A stretch of 64,000 bases of DNA, from the NCBI GenBank assembly GCA_964016885.1, contig OZ024744.1, positions 121,024,001-121,088,000 of the forward strand, written 5' to 3'. This stretch comes from Eledone cirrhosa (taxonomy: Eukaryota). Numbering within the stretch: position 1 is the stretch's first letter; each line of letters starts with the position of its first letter. The notes beneath the pieces are model-generated. The model had not been told where the DNA came from, ran no database searches, and saw nothing but the letters and a program-made list of their open reading frames with translations. Shown here piece by piece: positions 36,801 to 51,800 of this stretch. Both the position numbers and the translations under genes were made by a program.

Positions 36801-39800
36801 GGAGGTAGTGATGGATGTTGTGAAGAGAGATAGTGTGAGATGGTTGGGTCATGTGTTGAGGAAGGATAAAAGTGACTGGGTGAGAGGAATAGAGGTAGTG
36901 ATGGATGTTGTGAAGAGAGATAGTGTGAGATGGTTGGGTCATGTGTTGAGTAACGATAAAAGTGACTGGGTGAGAGGAATAGAGGTAGTGACGGATGTTA
37001 TGAAGAGAGATAGTGTGAGATGGGTGGGTCATGTGTTGAGGAAGGATAAAAGTGACTGGGTGAGAGGAATAGAGGTAGTGATGGATGTTGCGAAGAGAGA
37101 TAGTGTGAGATGGTTGGGTCATGTGTTGAGGAAGGATAAAAGTGACTGGGTGAGAGGAATAGAGGTTGTGATGAATGTTGTGAAGAGAGATAGTGTGAGA
37201 TGGTTGGGTCATGTGTTGAGGAAGTATGAAAGTGACTGGGTGACAGGAATAGAGGTAGTGATGGATGTTGTGAAGAGAGATAGTGTGAGATGGTTGGGTC
37301 ATATGTTGAGGAAGGATAAAAGTGACTGGGTGAGAGGAATAGAGGTAGTGATGGATGTTGTGAAGAGAGATAGTGTGAGATGGTTGGGTCATGTGTTGAG
37401 GAAGTATGAAAGTGACTGGGTGTGAGCAATAGAGGTAGTGATGGATGTTGTGAGGAGAGATAGTGTGAGATGGTTGGGTCATGTGTTGAGGAAGGATAAA
37501 AGTGACTGGGTGAGAGGAACAGAGGTAGTGATGGATGTTGTGAAGAGAGATAGTGTGAGATGGTTAGGTCATGTGTTGAGGAAGTATGAAAGTGACTGGG
37601 TGAGAGGAATAGGGGTAGTGATGGATGTTGTGAGGAGAGATAGTGTGAGATGGTTGGGTCATGTGTTCAGAAAGTATGAAAGTGACTGGGTGAGAGGAAT
37701 AGAGGTAGTGATAGATGTTGTGAAGAGAGATAGTGTGAGATGGTTGGGTCATGTGTTGAGGAAGTATGAAAGTGATTGGGTGAGAGGAATAGAGGTAGAG
37801 ATGGATGTTGTGAAGAGAGATAGTGTGAGAAGGTTGGGTCATGTGTTGAGGAAGTATGAAAGTGACTGGGTGAGAGGAATAGAGGTAGTGATGGATGTTG
37901 TGAAGAGAGATAGTGTGAGATGGTTGGGTCATGTGTTGAGGAGGGATAAAATTGATTGGGTGAGAGGAATAGAGGTAGTGATGGATGTTGTGAAGAGAGA
38001 TAGTGTGAGATGGTTGGGTCATGTGTTGTGGAAGGATAAAAGTGACTGAGTGAGAGGAATAGAGGTAGTGATGGATGTTGTGAAGAGAGATAGTGTGAGA
38101 TGGTTGGGTCCTGTGTTGGGGAAGGATGAAAGTGACTGGGTGAGAGAAACAGAGGTAGTGATAGATGTTGTGAAGAGAGATAGTGTAAGATGGTTGGGTC
38201 CTGTGAAGAGAGATAGTGTGAGATGGTTAGCTCATGTGTTGAGGAAGGATAAAAGTGACTGGGTGAGAGGAATAGAGGTTGTGATGGATGTTGTGAAGAG
38301 AGATAGTGTGAGATGGTTGGGTCATGTGTTGAGGAAGTATGAAAGTGACTGGGTGAGAGGAATAGAGGTAGTGATGGATGTTGCGAAGAGAGATAGTGTG
38401 AGATGGTTGGGTCATGTGTTGAGGAAGGATAAAAGTGACTGGGTGAGAGGAATAGAGGTAGTGATGGATGTTGTGAAGAGAGATGGTGTGAGATGGTTAG
38501 CTCATGTGTTGAGGAAGGATAAAAGTGACTGGGTGAGAGGAATAGAGGTTGTGATGGATGTTGTGAAGAGAGATAGTGTGAGATGGTTGGGTCATGTGTT
38601 GAGGAAGTATGAAAGTGACTGGGTGAGAGGAATAGAGGTAGTGATGGATGTTGTAAGGAGAGATAGTGTGAGATGGTTGGGTCATGTGTTGAGGAAGTAT
38701 GAAAGTGACTAGGTGAGAGGAATAGAGGTAGTGATAGATGTTGTGAAGAGAGATAGTGTGAGATGGTTGGGTCATGTGTTGAGGAAGTATGAAAGTGACT
38801 GGGTGAGAGTAATAGAGGTAGAGATGGATGTTGTGAAGAGAGATAGTGTTTGATGGTTGGGTCATGTGTTGAGGAAGGATAAAAGTGATTGGGTGAGAGG
38901 AATGGAGGTAGTGATGGATGTTGTGAAGAGAGATAGTGTGAGATGGTTGGGTCATGTGTTGAGGAAGGATAAAAGTGACTGGGTGAGAGGAATAGAGGTA
39001 GTGATGGATGTTGTGAAGAGAGATAGTGTGAGATGGTTGGGTCATGTGTTGAGGAAGGATAAAAGTGAGTCGTCGAGAGGAATAGAGGTAGTGATGGATG
39101 TTGTGAAGAGAGATAGTGTGAGATGGTTGGGTCATGTGTTGAGGAAGGATAAAAGTGACTGGGTGAGAGGAATAGAGGTAGTGATGGATGTTGCGAAGAG
39201 AGATAGTGTGAGATGGTTGGGTCATGTGTTGAGGAAGGATAAAAGTGACTGGGTGAGAGGAATAGAGGTTGTGATGGATGTTGTGAAGAGAGATAGTGTG
39301 AGATGGTTGGGTCATGTGTTGAGGAAGTATGAAAGTGACTGGGTGAGAGGAATAGAGGTAGTGATGGATGTTGTGAAGAGAGATAGTGTGAGATGGTTGG
39401 GTCATGTGTTGAGGAAGGATAAAAGTGACTGGGTGAGAGGAATAGAGGTAGTGATGGATGTTGTGAAGAGAGATAGTGTGAGATGGTTGGGTCATATGTT
39501 GAGGAAGGATAAAAGTGACTGGGTGAGAGGAATAGGGGTAGTGACGGATGTTGTGAAGTGAGATAGTGTGAGATGGTTGGGTCATGTGTTGAGGAAGTAT
39601 GAAAGTGATTGGGTGAGAGGAATAGAGGTAGAGATGGATGTTGTGAATAGAGATAGTGTGAGAAGGTTGGGTCATGTGTTGAGGAAGTATGAAAGTGACT
39701 GGGTGAGAGGAATAGAGGTAGTGATGGATGTTGTGAAGAGAGATAGTGTGAGATGGTTGGGTCATGTGTTGAGGAGGGATAAAATTGATTGGGTGAGAGG

Positions 39801-42800
39801 AATAGAGGTAGTGATGGATGTTGTGAAGAGAGATAGTGTGAGATGGGTGGGTCATGTGTTGAGGAAGGATAAAAGTGACTGGTTGAGAGGAATAGAGGTA
39901 GTGATGGATGTTGTGAAGAGAGATAGTGTGAGATGGTTGGGTCATGTGTTGAGGAAGGATAAAAGTGACTGGGTGAGAGGAATAGAGGTAGTGATGGATG
40001 TTGTGAAGAGAGATAGTGTGAGATGGTTGGGTCCTGTGTTGGGGAAGGATGAAAGTGACTGGGTGAGAGGAACAGAGGTAGTGATAGATGTTGTGAAGAG
40101 AGATAGTGTGAGATGGTTGGGTCCTGTGAAGAGAGATAGTGTGAGATGGTTAGCTCATGTATTGAGGAAGGATAAAAGTGACTGGGTGAGAGGAATAGAG
40201 GTTGTGATGGATGTTGTGAAGAGAGATAGTGTGAGATGGTTGGGTCATGTGTTGAGGAAGTATGAAAGTGACTGGGTGAGAGGAATAGAGGTAGTGATGG
40301 ATGTTGTCAGGAGAGATAGTGTGAGATGGTTGGGTCATGTGTTGAGGAAGTATGAAAGTGACTAGGTGAGAGGAATAGAGGTAGTGATAGATGTTGTGAA
40401 GAGAGATAGTGTGAGATGGTTGGGTCATGTGTTGAGGAAGTATGAAAGTGACTGGGTGAGAGTAATAGAGGTAGAGATGGATGTTGTGAAGAGAGATAGT
40501 GTTTGATGGTTGGGTCATGTGTTGAGGAAGGATAAAAGTGACTGGGTGAGAGGAATGGAGGTAGTGATGGATGTTGTGAAGAGAGATAGTGTGAGATGGT
40601 TGGGTCATGTGTTGAGGAAGGATAAAAGTGACTGGGTGAGAGGAATAGAGGTAGTGATGGATGTTGTGAAGAGAGATAGTGTGAGATGGTTGGGTCATGT
40701 GTTGAGGAACGATAAAAGTGACTGGGTGAGAGGAATAGAGGTAGTGACGGATGTTGTGAAGAGAGATAGTGTGAGATGGTTGGGTCATGTGTTGAGGAAG
40801 GATAAAAGTGAGTCGTCGAGAGGAATAGAGGTAGTGATGGATGTTGTGAAGAGAGATAGTGTGAGATGGTTGGGTCATGTGTTGAGGAAGGATAAAAGTG
40901 ACTGGGTGAGAGGAATAGAGGTAGTGATGGATGTTGCGAAGAGAGATAGTGTGAGATGGTTGGGTCATGTGTTGAGGAAGGATAAAAGTGACTGGGTGAG
41001 AGGAATAGAGGTAGTGATGGATGTTGTGAAGAGAGATAGTGTGAGATGGTTAGCTCATGTGTTGAGGAAGGATAAAAGTGACTGGGTGAGAGGAATAGAG
41101 GTTGTGTTGGATGTTGTGAAGAGAGATAGTGTGAGATGGTTGGGTCATGTGTTGAGGAAGTATGAAAGTGACTGGGTGAGAGGAATAGAGGTAGTGATGG
41201 ATGTTTTGAAGAGAGATAGTGTGAGAAGGTTGGGTCATGTGTTGAGGAAGTATGAAAGTGACTGGGTGAGAGGAATAAAGGTAGTGATGGATGTTGTGAA
41301 GAGAGATAGTGTGAGATGGTTGGGTCATGTGTTGAGGAGGGATAAAATTGATTGGGTGAGAGGAATAGAGGTAGTGATGCATGTTGTGAAGAGAGATAGT
41401 GTGAGATGGTTGGGTCATGTGTTGAGGAAGGATAAAAGTGACTGGGTGAGATGAATAGAGGTAGTGATGGATGTTGTGAAGAGAGATAGTGTGAGATGGT
41501 TGGGTCATGTGTTGAGGAAGGATAAAAGTGACTGGGTGAGAGGAATAGAGGTAGTGATGGATGTTGTGAAGAGAGATATGTGAGATGGTTGGGTCATGTG
41601 TTGAGGAAGGATAAAAGTGACTGGGTGAGAGGAATAGAGGTAGTGACGGATGTTGTGAAGAGAGATAGTGTGAGATGGATGGGTCATGTGTTGAGGAAGG
41701 ATAAAAGTGACTCGGTGAGAGGAATAGAGGTAGTGATAGATGTTGTGAAGAGAGATAATGTGAGATGGTTGGGTCATGTGTTGAGGAAGGATAAAAGTGA
41801 CTGGGTGAGAGGAATAGAGGTAGTGATGTATGTTGTGAAGAGAGATAGTGTGAGATGGTTGGGTCATGTGTTGAGGAAGGATAAAAGTGACTGGGTGAGA
41901 GGAATAGAGGTAGTGATGGATGTTGTGAAGAGAGATAGTGTGAGATGGTTAGCTCATGTGTTGAGGAAGGATAAAAGTGACTGGGTGAGAGGAATAGAGG
42001 TTGTGATGGATGTTGTGAAGAGAGATAGTGTGAGATGGTTGGGTCATGTGTTGAGGAAGTATGAAAGTGACTGGGTGAGAGGAATAGAGGTAGTGATGGA
42101 TGTTGTCAGGAGAGATAGTGTGAGATGTTTGGGTCATGTGTTGAGGAAGTATGAAAGTGACTAGGTGAGAGGAATAGAGGTAGTGATAGATGTTGTGAAG
42201 AGAGATAGTGTGAGATGGTTGGGTCATGTGTTGAGGAAGTATGAAAGTGACTGGATGAGAGGAATAGAGGTAGAGATGGATGTTGTGAAGAGAGATAGTT
42301 TTTGATGGTTGGGTCATGTGTTGAGGAAGGATAAAAGTGACTGGGTGAGAGGAATAGATGTAGTGATGGATGTTGTGAAGAGAGATAGTGTGAGATGGTT
42401 GGGTCATGTGTTGAGGAAGGATAAAAGTGACTGGGTGAGAGGAATAGAGGTAGTGATGGATGTTGTGAAGAGAGATAGTGTGAGATGGTTGGGTCATGTG
42501 TTGAGGAAGGATAAAAGTGACTGGGTGAGAGGAATAGAGGTAGTGATGGATGTTGTGAAGAGAGATAGTGTGAGATGGTTGGGTCATGTGTTGAGGAAGG
42601 ATAAAAATGAGTCGTCGAGAGGAATAGAGGTAGTGATGGATGTTGTGAAGAGAGATAGTGTGAGGTGGTTGGGTCATGTGTTGAGGAAGGATAAAAGTGA
42701 CTGGGTGAGAGGAATAGAGGTAGTGATGGATGTTGCGGAGAGAGATAGAGTGAGAGGGTTGGGTCATGTGTTTGGGAAGGATAAAAGTGACTGGGTGAGA

Positions 42801-45800
42801 GGAATAGAGATAGTGATGGATGTTGCGAAGAGAGATAGTGTGAGATGGTTGGGTCATGTGTTGAGGAAGGATAAAAGTGACTGGGTGAGAGGAATAGAGG
42901 TAGTGATGGATGTTGTGAAGAGAGATAGTGTGAGATGGTTGCGTCATGTGTTGAGGAAGGATAAAAGTGAGTCGTCGAGAGGAATAGAGGTAGTGATGGA
43001 TGTTGTGAAGAGAGATAGTGTGAGATGGTTGGGTCATGTGTTGAGGAAGGATAAAAGTGACTGGGTGAGAGGAATAGAGGTAGTGATGGATGTTGCGAAG
43101 AGAGATAGTGTGAGATGGTTGGGTCATGTGTTGAGGAAGGATAAAAGTGACTGGGTGAGAGGAATAGAGGTAGTGATGGATGTTGTGAAGAGAGATAGTG
43201 TGAGATGGTTAGCTCATGTGTTGAGGAAGGATAAAAGTGAGTGGGTGAGAGGAATAGAGGTAGTGATGGATGTTGTGAAGAGAGATAGTGTGAGATGGTT
43301 GGGTCATGTGTTGAGGAAGGATAAAAGTGAGTGGGTGAGAGGAATAGAGGTAGTGATGGATGTTGTGAAGAGAGATAGTGTGAGATGGTTGGGTCATATG
43401 TTGAGGAAAGATAAAAGTGACTGGGTGAGAGGAATAAGGTGAGTGATGGATGTTGTGAGGAGAGATAGTGTGAGATGGCTGGGTCATGTGTTGAGGAAGT
43501 ATGAAAGTGACTGGGTGAGAGGAATAGAGGTAGTGATAGATGTTGTGAAGAGAGATAGTGTGAGAAGGTTGGGTCATGTGTTGAGGAAGTATGAAAGTGA
43601 CTGGGTGAGAGGAATAAAGGTAGTGATGGATATTGTGAAGAGAGATAGTGTGAGATGGTTGGGTCATGTGTTGAGGAAGGATAAAAGTGACTGGGTGAGA
43701 GGAATAGAGGTAGTGATGGATGTTGTGAAGAGAGATAGTGTGAGATGGTTAGCTCATGTGTTGAGGAAGGATAAAAGTGACTGGGTGAGAGGAATAGAGG
43801 TAGTGATGGATGTTGTGAAGAGAGATAGTGTGAGATGGTTGGGTCATGTGTTGAGGAAGGATAAAAGTGACTGGGTGAGATGAATAGAGGTAGTGATGGA
43901 TGTTGTGAAGAGAGATAGTGTGAGATGGTTGGGTCATGTGTTGAGGAAGGATAAAAGTGACTCGGTGAGAGGAATAGAGGTAGTGATAGATGTTGTGAAG
44001 AGAGATAGTGTGAGATGGTTGGGTCATGTGTTGAGGAAGGATAAAAGTGACTGGTTGAGAGGAATAGAGGTATTGATGGATGTTGTAAAGAGAGATAGTG
44101 TGAGATGGTTGGGTCATGTGTTGAGGAAGGATAAAAGTGACTGGGTGAGAGGAATAGGGGTAGTGATGGATGTTGTGAAGAGAGATAGTGGGAGATGGTT
44201 AGCTCATGTGTTGAGGAAGGATAAAAGTGACTGGGTGAGAGGAATAGAGGTAGTGATGGATGTTGTGAAGAGAGATAGTGTGAGATGGTTGGGTCATGTG
44301 TTGAGGAAGGATAAAAGTGACTGGGTGAGATGAATAGAGGTAGTGATGGATGTTGTGAAGAGAGATAGTGTGAGATGGTTGGGTCATGTGTTGAGGAAGG
44401 ATAAAAGTGACTCGGTGAGAGGAATAGAGGTAGTGATAGATGTTGTGAAGAGAGATAGTGTGAGATGGTTGGGTCATGTGTTGAGGAAGGATAAAAGTGA
44501 CTGGTTGAGAGGAATAGAGGTATTGATGGATGTTGTAAAGAGAGATAGTGTGAGATGGTTGGGTCATGTGTTGAGGAAGGATAAAAGTGACTGGGTGAGA
44601 GGAATAGGGGTAGTGATGGATGTTGTGAAGAGAGATAGTGGGAGATGGTTAGCTCATGTGTTGAGGAAGGATAAAAGTGACTGGGTGAGAGGAATAGAGG
44701 TAGTGATGGATGTTGTGAAGAGAGATAGTGTGAGATGGTTGGCTCATGTGTTGAGAAAGTATGAAAGTGACCGGGTGAGAGGAATAGAGGTTGTGATGGA
44801 TGTTGTGAAGAGAGATAGTGTGAGATGGTTGGGTCTTGTGTTGAGGAAGTATCAAAGTGACTGGGTGACAGGAATAGAGGTAGTGATGGATGTTGTGAAG
44901 AGAGATAGTGTGAGATGGTTGGGTCATATGTTGAGGAAGGATAAAAGTGACTGGGTGAGAGGAATAGGGGTAGTGATGGATGTTGTGAGGAGAGATAGTG
45001 TGAGATGGTTGGGTCATGTGTTGAGGAAGTATGAAAGTGACTGGGTGAGAGGAATAGAGGTAGTGATAGATGTTGTGAAGAGAGATAGTGTGAGATGGAT
45101 GGGTCATGTGTTGAGGAAGTATGAAAGTGACTGGGTGAGAGGAATAGAGGTAGTGATGGATGTTGTGAAGAGAGATAGTGTGAGATGGTTGGGTCATGTG
45201 TTGAGGAAGGATAAAAGTGACTCGGTGAGAGGAATAGAGGTAGTGATGGATGTTGTGAAGAGAGATAGTGTGAGATGGTTGGGTCATGTGTTGAGGAAGG
45301 ATAAAAGTGACTGGGTGAGAGGAATAGAGGTAGTGATGGATGTTGTGAAGAGAGATAGTGTGAGATGGTTGGGTCCTGTGTTGGGGAAGGATGAAAGTGA
45401 CTGGGTGAGAGGAACAGAGGTAGTGATAGATGTTTTGAAGAGAGATAGTGTGAGATGGTTGGGTCCTGTGAAGAGAGATAGTGTGAGATGGTTAGCTCAT
45501 GTGTTGAGGAAGGATAAAAGTGACTGGGTGAGAGGAATAGAGGTTGTGATGGATGTTGTGAAGAGAGATAGTGTGAGATGGTTGGGTCATGTGTTGAGGA
45601 AGTATGAAAGTGACTGGGTGAGAGGAATAGAGGTAGTGATGGATGTTGCGAAGAGAGATAGTGTGAGATGGTTGGGTCATGTGTTGAGGAAGGATAAAAG
45701 TGACTGGGTGAGAGGAATAGAGGTAGTGATGCATGTTGTGAAGAGAGATGGTGTGAGATGGTTAGCTCATGTGTTGAGGAAGGATAAAAGTGACTGGGTG

Positions 45801-48800
45801 AGAGGAATAGAGGTTGTGATGGATGTTGTGAAGAGAGATAGTGTGAGATGGTTGGCTCATGTGTTGAGGAAGTATGAAAGTGACTGGGTGAGAGGAATAG
45901 AGGTAGTGATGGATGTTGTCAGGAGAGATAGTGTGAGATGGTTGGGTCATGTGTTGAGGAAGTATGAAAGTGACTAGGTGAGAGGAATAGAGGTAGTGAT
46001 AGATGTTGTGAAGAGAGATAGTGTGAGATGGTTGGGTCATGTGTTGAGGAAGTATGAAAGTGACTGGGTGAGAGTAATAGAGGTAGAGATGGATGTTGTG
46101 AAGAGAGATAGTGTTTGATGGTTGGGTCATGTGTTGAGGAAGGATAAAAGTGATTGGGTGAGAGGAATGGAGGTAGTGATGGATGTTGTGAAGAGAGATA
46201 GTGTGAGATGGTTGGGTCATGTGTTTGGGAAGGATAAAAGTGACTGGGTGAGAGGAATAGAGGTAGTGATGGATGTTGCGAAGAGAGATAGTGTGAGATG
46301 GTTGGGTCATGTGTTGAGGAAGGATAAAAGTGACTGGGTGAGAGGAATAGAGGTAGTGATGGATGTTGTGAAGAGAGATAGTGTGAGATGGTTGCGTCAT
46401 GTGTTGAGGAAGGATAAAAGTGAGTCGTCGAGAGGAATAGAGGTAGTGATGGATGTTGTGAAGAGAGATAGTGTGAGATGGTTGGGTCATGTGTTGAGGA
46501 AGGATAAAAGTGACTGGGTGAGAGGAATAGAGGTAGTGATTTATGTTGCGAAGAGAGATAGTGTGAGATGGTTGGGTCATGTGTTGAGGAAGGATAAAAG
46601 TGACTGGGTGAGAGGAATAGAGGTAGTGATGGATGTTGTGAAGAGAGATAGTGTGAGATGGTTAGCTCATGTGTTGAGGAAGGATAAAAGTGAGTGGGTG
46701 AGAGGAATAGAGGTAGTGATGGATATTGTGAAGAGAGATAGTGTGAGATGGTTGGGTCATGTGTTGAGGAAGGATAAAAGTGAGTGGGTGAGAGGAATAG
46801 AGGTAGTGATGGATGTTGTGAAGAGAGATAGTGTGAGATGGTTGGGTCATATGTTGAGGAAAGATAAAAGTGACTGGGTGAGAGGAATAGGGGTAGTGAT
46901 GGATGTTGTGAGGAGAGATAGTGTGAGATGGCTGGGTCATGTGTTGAGGAAGTATGAAAGTGACTGGGTGAGAGGAATAAAGGTAGTGATGGATGTTATG
47001 AAGAGAGATAGTGTGAGATGGTTGGGTCATGTGTTGAGGAAGGATAAAAGTGACTGGGTGAGAGGAATAGAGGTAGTGATGGATGTTGTGAAGAGAGATA
47101 GTGTGAGATGGTTAGCTCATGTGTTGAGGAAGGATAAAAGTGACTGGGTGAGAGGAATAGAGGTAGTGATGGATGTTGTGAAGAGAGATAGTGTGAGATG
47201 GTTGGGTCATGTGTTGAGGAAGGATAAAAGTGACTGGGTGAGATGAATAGAGGTAGTGATGGATGTTGTGAAGAGAGATAGTGTGAGATGGTTGGGTCAT
47301 GTGTTGAGGAAGGATAAAAGTGACTGGGTGAGAGGAATAGAGGTAGTGATGGATGTTGTGAAGAGAGATATGTGAGATGGCTGGGTCATGTGTTGAGGAA
47401 GGATAAAAGTGACTGGGTGAGAGGAATAGAGGTAGTGACGGATGTTGTGAAGAGAGATAGTGTGAGATGGTTGGGTCATGTGTTGAGGAAGGATAAAAGT
47501 GACTCGGTGAGAGGAATAGAGGTAGTGATAGATGTTGTGAAGAGAGATAGTGTGAGATGGTTGGGTCATGTGTTGAGGAAGGATAAAAGTGACTGGGTGA
47601 GATGAATAGAGGTAGTGATGGATGTTGTGAAGAGAGATAGTGTGAGATGGTTGGGTCATGTGTTGAGGAAGGATAAAAGTGACTGGGTGAGAGGAATAGA
47701 GGTAGTGATGGATGTTGTGAAGAGAGATATGTGAGATGGTTGGGTCATGTGTTGAGGAAGGATAAAAGTGACTGGGTGAGAGGAATAGAGGTAGTGACGG
47801 ATGTTGTGAAGAGAGATAGTGTGAGATGGTTGGGTCATGTGTTGAGGAAGGATAAAAGTGACTCGGTGAGAGGAATAGAGGTAGTGATAGATGTTGTGAA
47901 GAGAGATAGTGTGAGATGGTTGGGTCATGTGTTGAGGAAGGATAAAAGTGACTGGTTGAGAGGAATAGAGGTAGTGATGGATGTTGTAAAGAGAGATAGT
48001 GTGAGATGGTTGGGTCATGTGTTGAGGAAGGATAAAAGTGACTGGGTGAAAGGAATAGAGGTAGTGATGGATGTTGTGAAGAGAGATAGTGTGAGATGGT
48101 TAGCTCATGTGTTGAGGAAGGATAAAAGTGACTGGGTGAGAGGAATAGAGGTAGTGATGGATGTTGTGAAGAGAGATAGTGTGAGATGGTTGGCTCATGT
48201 GTTGAGGAAGTATGAAAGTGACCGGGTGAGAGGAATAGATGTTGTGATGGATGTTGTGAAGAGAGATAGTGTGAGATGGTTGGGTCATGTGTTGAGGAAG
48301 TATCAAAGTGACTGGGTGACAGGAATAGAGGTAGTGATGGATGTTGTGAAGAGAGATAGTGTGAGATGGTTGGGTCATATGTTGAGGAAGGATAAAAGTG
48401 ACTGGGTGAGAGGAATAGGGGTAGTGATGGATGTTGTGAGGAGAGATAGTGTGAGATGGTTGGGTCATGTGTTGAGGAAGTATGAAAGTGACTGGGTGAG
48501 AGGAATAGAGGTAGTGATAGATGTTGTGAAGAGAGATAGTGTGAGATGGATGGGTCATGTGTTGAGGAAGTATGAAAGTGACTGGGTGAGAGGAATAGAG
48601 GTAGTGATAGATGTTGTGAAGAGAGATAGTGTGAGATGGTTGGGTCATGTGTTGAGGAAGGATAAAAGTGACTGGGTGAGAGGTATAGAGGTAGTGATGG
48701 ATGTTGTGAAGAGAGATAGTGTGAGATGGTTGGGTCATGTGTTGAGGAAGGATAAAAGTGACTGGGTGAGAGGAATAGAGGTAGTGATGGATGTTGTGAA

Positions 48801-51800
48801 GAGAGATTGTGTGAGATGGTTGGGTTCTGTGTTGGGGAAGGATGAAAGTGACTGGGTGAGAGGAACAGAGGTAGTGATAGATGTTGTGAAGAGAGATAGT
48901 GTGAGATGGTTGGGTCCTGTGAAGAGAGATAGTGTGAGATGGTTAGCTCATGTGTTGAGGAAGGATAAAAGTGACTGGGTGAGAGGAATAGAGGTTGTGA
49001 TGGATGTTGTGAAGAGAGATAGTGTGAGATGGTTGGGTCATGTGTTGAGGAAGTATGAAAGTGACTGGGTGAGAGGAATAGAGGTAGTGATGGATGTTGC
49101 GAAGAGAGATAGTGTGAGATGGTTGGGTCATGTGTTGAGGAAGGATAAAAGTGACTGGGTGAGAGGAATAGAGGTAGTGATGGATGTTGTGAAGAGAGAT
49201 AGTGTGAGATGGTTGGGTCATGTGTTGAGGAAGTATGAAAGTGACTGGGTGAGAGGAATAGAGGTAGTGATGGATGTTGTCAGGAGAGATAGTGTGAGAT
49301 GGTTGGGTCATGTGTTGAGGAAGTATGAAAGTGACTAGGTGAGACGAATAGAGGTAGTGATAGATGTTGTGAAGAGAGATAGTGTGAGATGGTTGGGTCA
49401 TGTGTTGAGGAAGTATGAAAGTGACTGGGTGAGAGTAATAGAGGTAGAGATGGATGTTGTGAAGAGAGATAGTGTTTGATGGTTGGGTCATGTGTTGAGG
49501 AAGGATAAAAGTGATTGGGTGAGAGGAATGGAGGTAGTGATGGATGTTGTGAAGAGAGATAGTGTGAGATGGTTGGGTCATGTGTTGAGGAAGGATAAAA
49601 GTGACTGGGTGAGAGGAATAGAGGTAGTGATGGATGTTGTGAAGAGAGATAGTGTGAGATGGTTGGGTCATGTGTTGAGGAACGATAAAAGTGACTGGGT
49701 GAGAGGAATAGAGGTAGTGACGGATGTTGTGAAGAGAGATAGTGTGAGATGGTTGGGTCATGTGTTGAGGAAGGATAAAAGTGAGTCGTCGAGAGGAATA
49801 GAGGTAGTGATGGATGTTGTGAAGAGAGATAGTGTGAGATGGTTGGGTCATGTGTTGAGGAAGGATAAAAGTGACTGGGTGAGAGGAATAGAGGTTGTGA
49901 TGAATGTTGTGAAGAGAGATAGTGTGAGATGGTTGGGTCATGTGTTGAGGAAGTATGAAAGTGACTGGGTGACAGGAATAGAGGTAGTGATGGATGTTGT
50001 GAAGAGAGATAGTGTGAGATGGTTGGGTCATATGTTGAGGAAGGATAAAAGTGACTGGGTGAGAGGAATAGAGGTAGTGATTGATGTTGTGAAGAGAGAT
50101 AGTGTGAGATGGTTGGGTCATGTGTTGAGGAAGTATGAAAGTGACTGGGTGTGAGGAATAGAGGTAGTGATGGATGTTGTGAAGAGAGATAGTGTGAGAT
50201 GGTTGGGTCATATGTTGAGGAAGGATAAAAGTGACTGGGTGAGAGGAACAGAGGTAGTGATGGATGTTGTGAAGAGAGATAGTGTGAGATGGTTAGGTCA
50301 TGTGTTGAGGAAGTATGAAAGTGACTGGGTGAGAGGAATAGGGGTAGTGATGGATGTTGTGAGGAGAGATAGTGTGAGATGGTTGGGTCATGTGTTGAGG
50401 AAGTATGAAAGTGACTGGGTGAGAGGAATAGAGGTAGTGATAGATGTTGTGAAGAGAGATAGTGTGAGATGGTTGGGTCATGTGTTGAGAAAGTATGAAA
50501 GTGATTGGGTGAGAGGAATAGAGGTAGAGATGGATGTTGTGAAGAGAGATAGTGTGAGAAGGTTGGGTCATGTGTTGAGGAAGTATGAAAGTGACTGGGT
50601 GAGAGGAATAGAGGTAGTGATGGATGTTGTGAAGAGAGATAGTGTGAGATGGTTGGGTCATGTGTTGAGGATGGATAAAATTGATTGGGTGAGAGGAATA
50701 GAGGTAGTGATGGATGTTGTGAAGAGAGATAGTGTGAGATGGTTGGGTCATGTGTTGAGGAAGGATAAAAGTGACTGGTTGAGAGGAATAGAGGTAGTGA
50801 TGGATGTTGTGAAGAGAGATAGTGTGAGATGGTTGGGTCATGTGTTGAGGAAGGATAAAAGTGACTGGGTGAGAGGAATAGAGGTAGTGATGGATGTTGT
50901 GAAGAGAGATAGTGTGAGATGGTTGGGTCCTGTGTTGGGGAAGGATGAAAGTGACTGGGTGAGAGGAACAGAGGTAGTGATAGATGTTGTGAAGAGAGAT
51001 AGTGTGAGATGGTTGGGTCCTGTGAAGAGAGATAGTGTGAGATGGTTAGCTCATGTGTTGAGGAAGGATAAAAGTGACTGGGTGAGAGGAATAGAGGTTG
51101 TGATGGATGTTGTGAAGAGAGATAGTGTGAGATGGTTTGGTCATGTGTTGAGGAAGTATGAAAGTGACTGGGTGAGAGGAATAGAGGTAGTGATGGATGT
51201 TGCGAAGAGAGATAGTGTGAGATGGTTGGGTCATGTGTTGAGGAAGGATAAAAGTGACTGGGTGAGAGGAATAGAGGTAGTGATGGATGTTGTGAAGAGA
51301 GATGGTGTGAGATGGTTAGCTCATGTGTTGAGGAAGGATAAAAGTGACTGGGTGAGAGGAATAGAGGTTGTGATGGATGTTGTGAAGAGAGATAGTGTGA
51401 GATGGTTGGGTCATGTGTTGAGGAAGTATGAAAGTGACTAGGTGATAGGAATAGAGGTAGTGATAGATGTTGTGAAGAGAGATAGTGTGAGATGGTTGGG
51501 TCATGTGTTGAGGAAGTATGAAAGTGACTGGGTGAGAGTAATAGAGGTAGAGATGGATGTTGTGAAGAGAGATAGTGTTTGATGGTTGGGTCATGTGTTG
51601 AGGAAGGATAAAAGTGATTGGGTGAGAGGAATGGAGGTAGTGATGGATGTTGTGAAGAGAGATAGTGTGAGATGGTTGGGTCATGTGTTGAGGAAGGATA
51701 AAAGTGACTGGGTGAGAGGAATAGAGGTAGTGATGGATGTTGTGAAGAGAGATAGTGTGAGATGGTTGGGTCATGTGTTGAGGAACGATAAAAGTGACTG

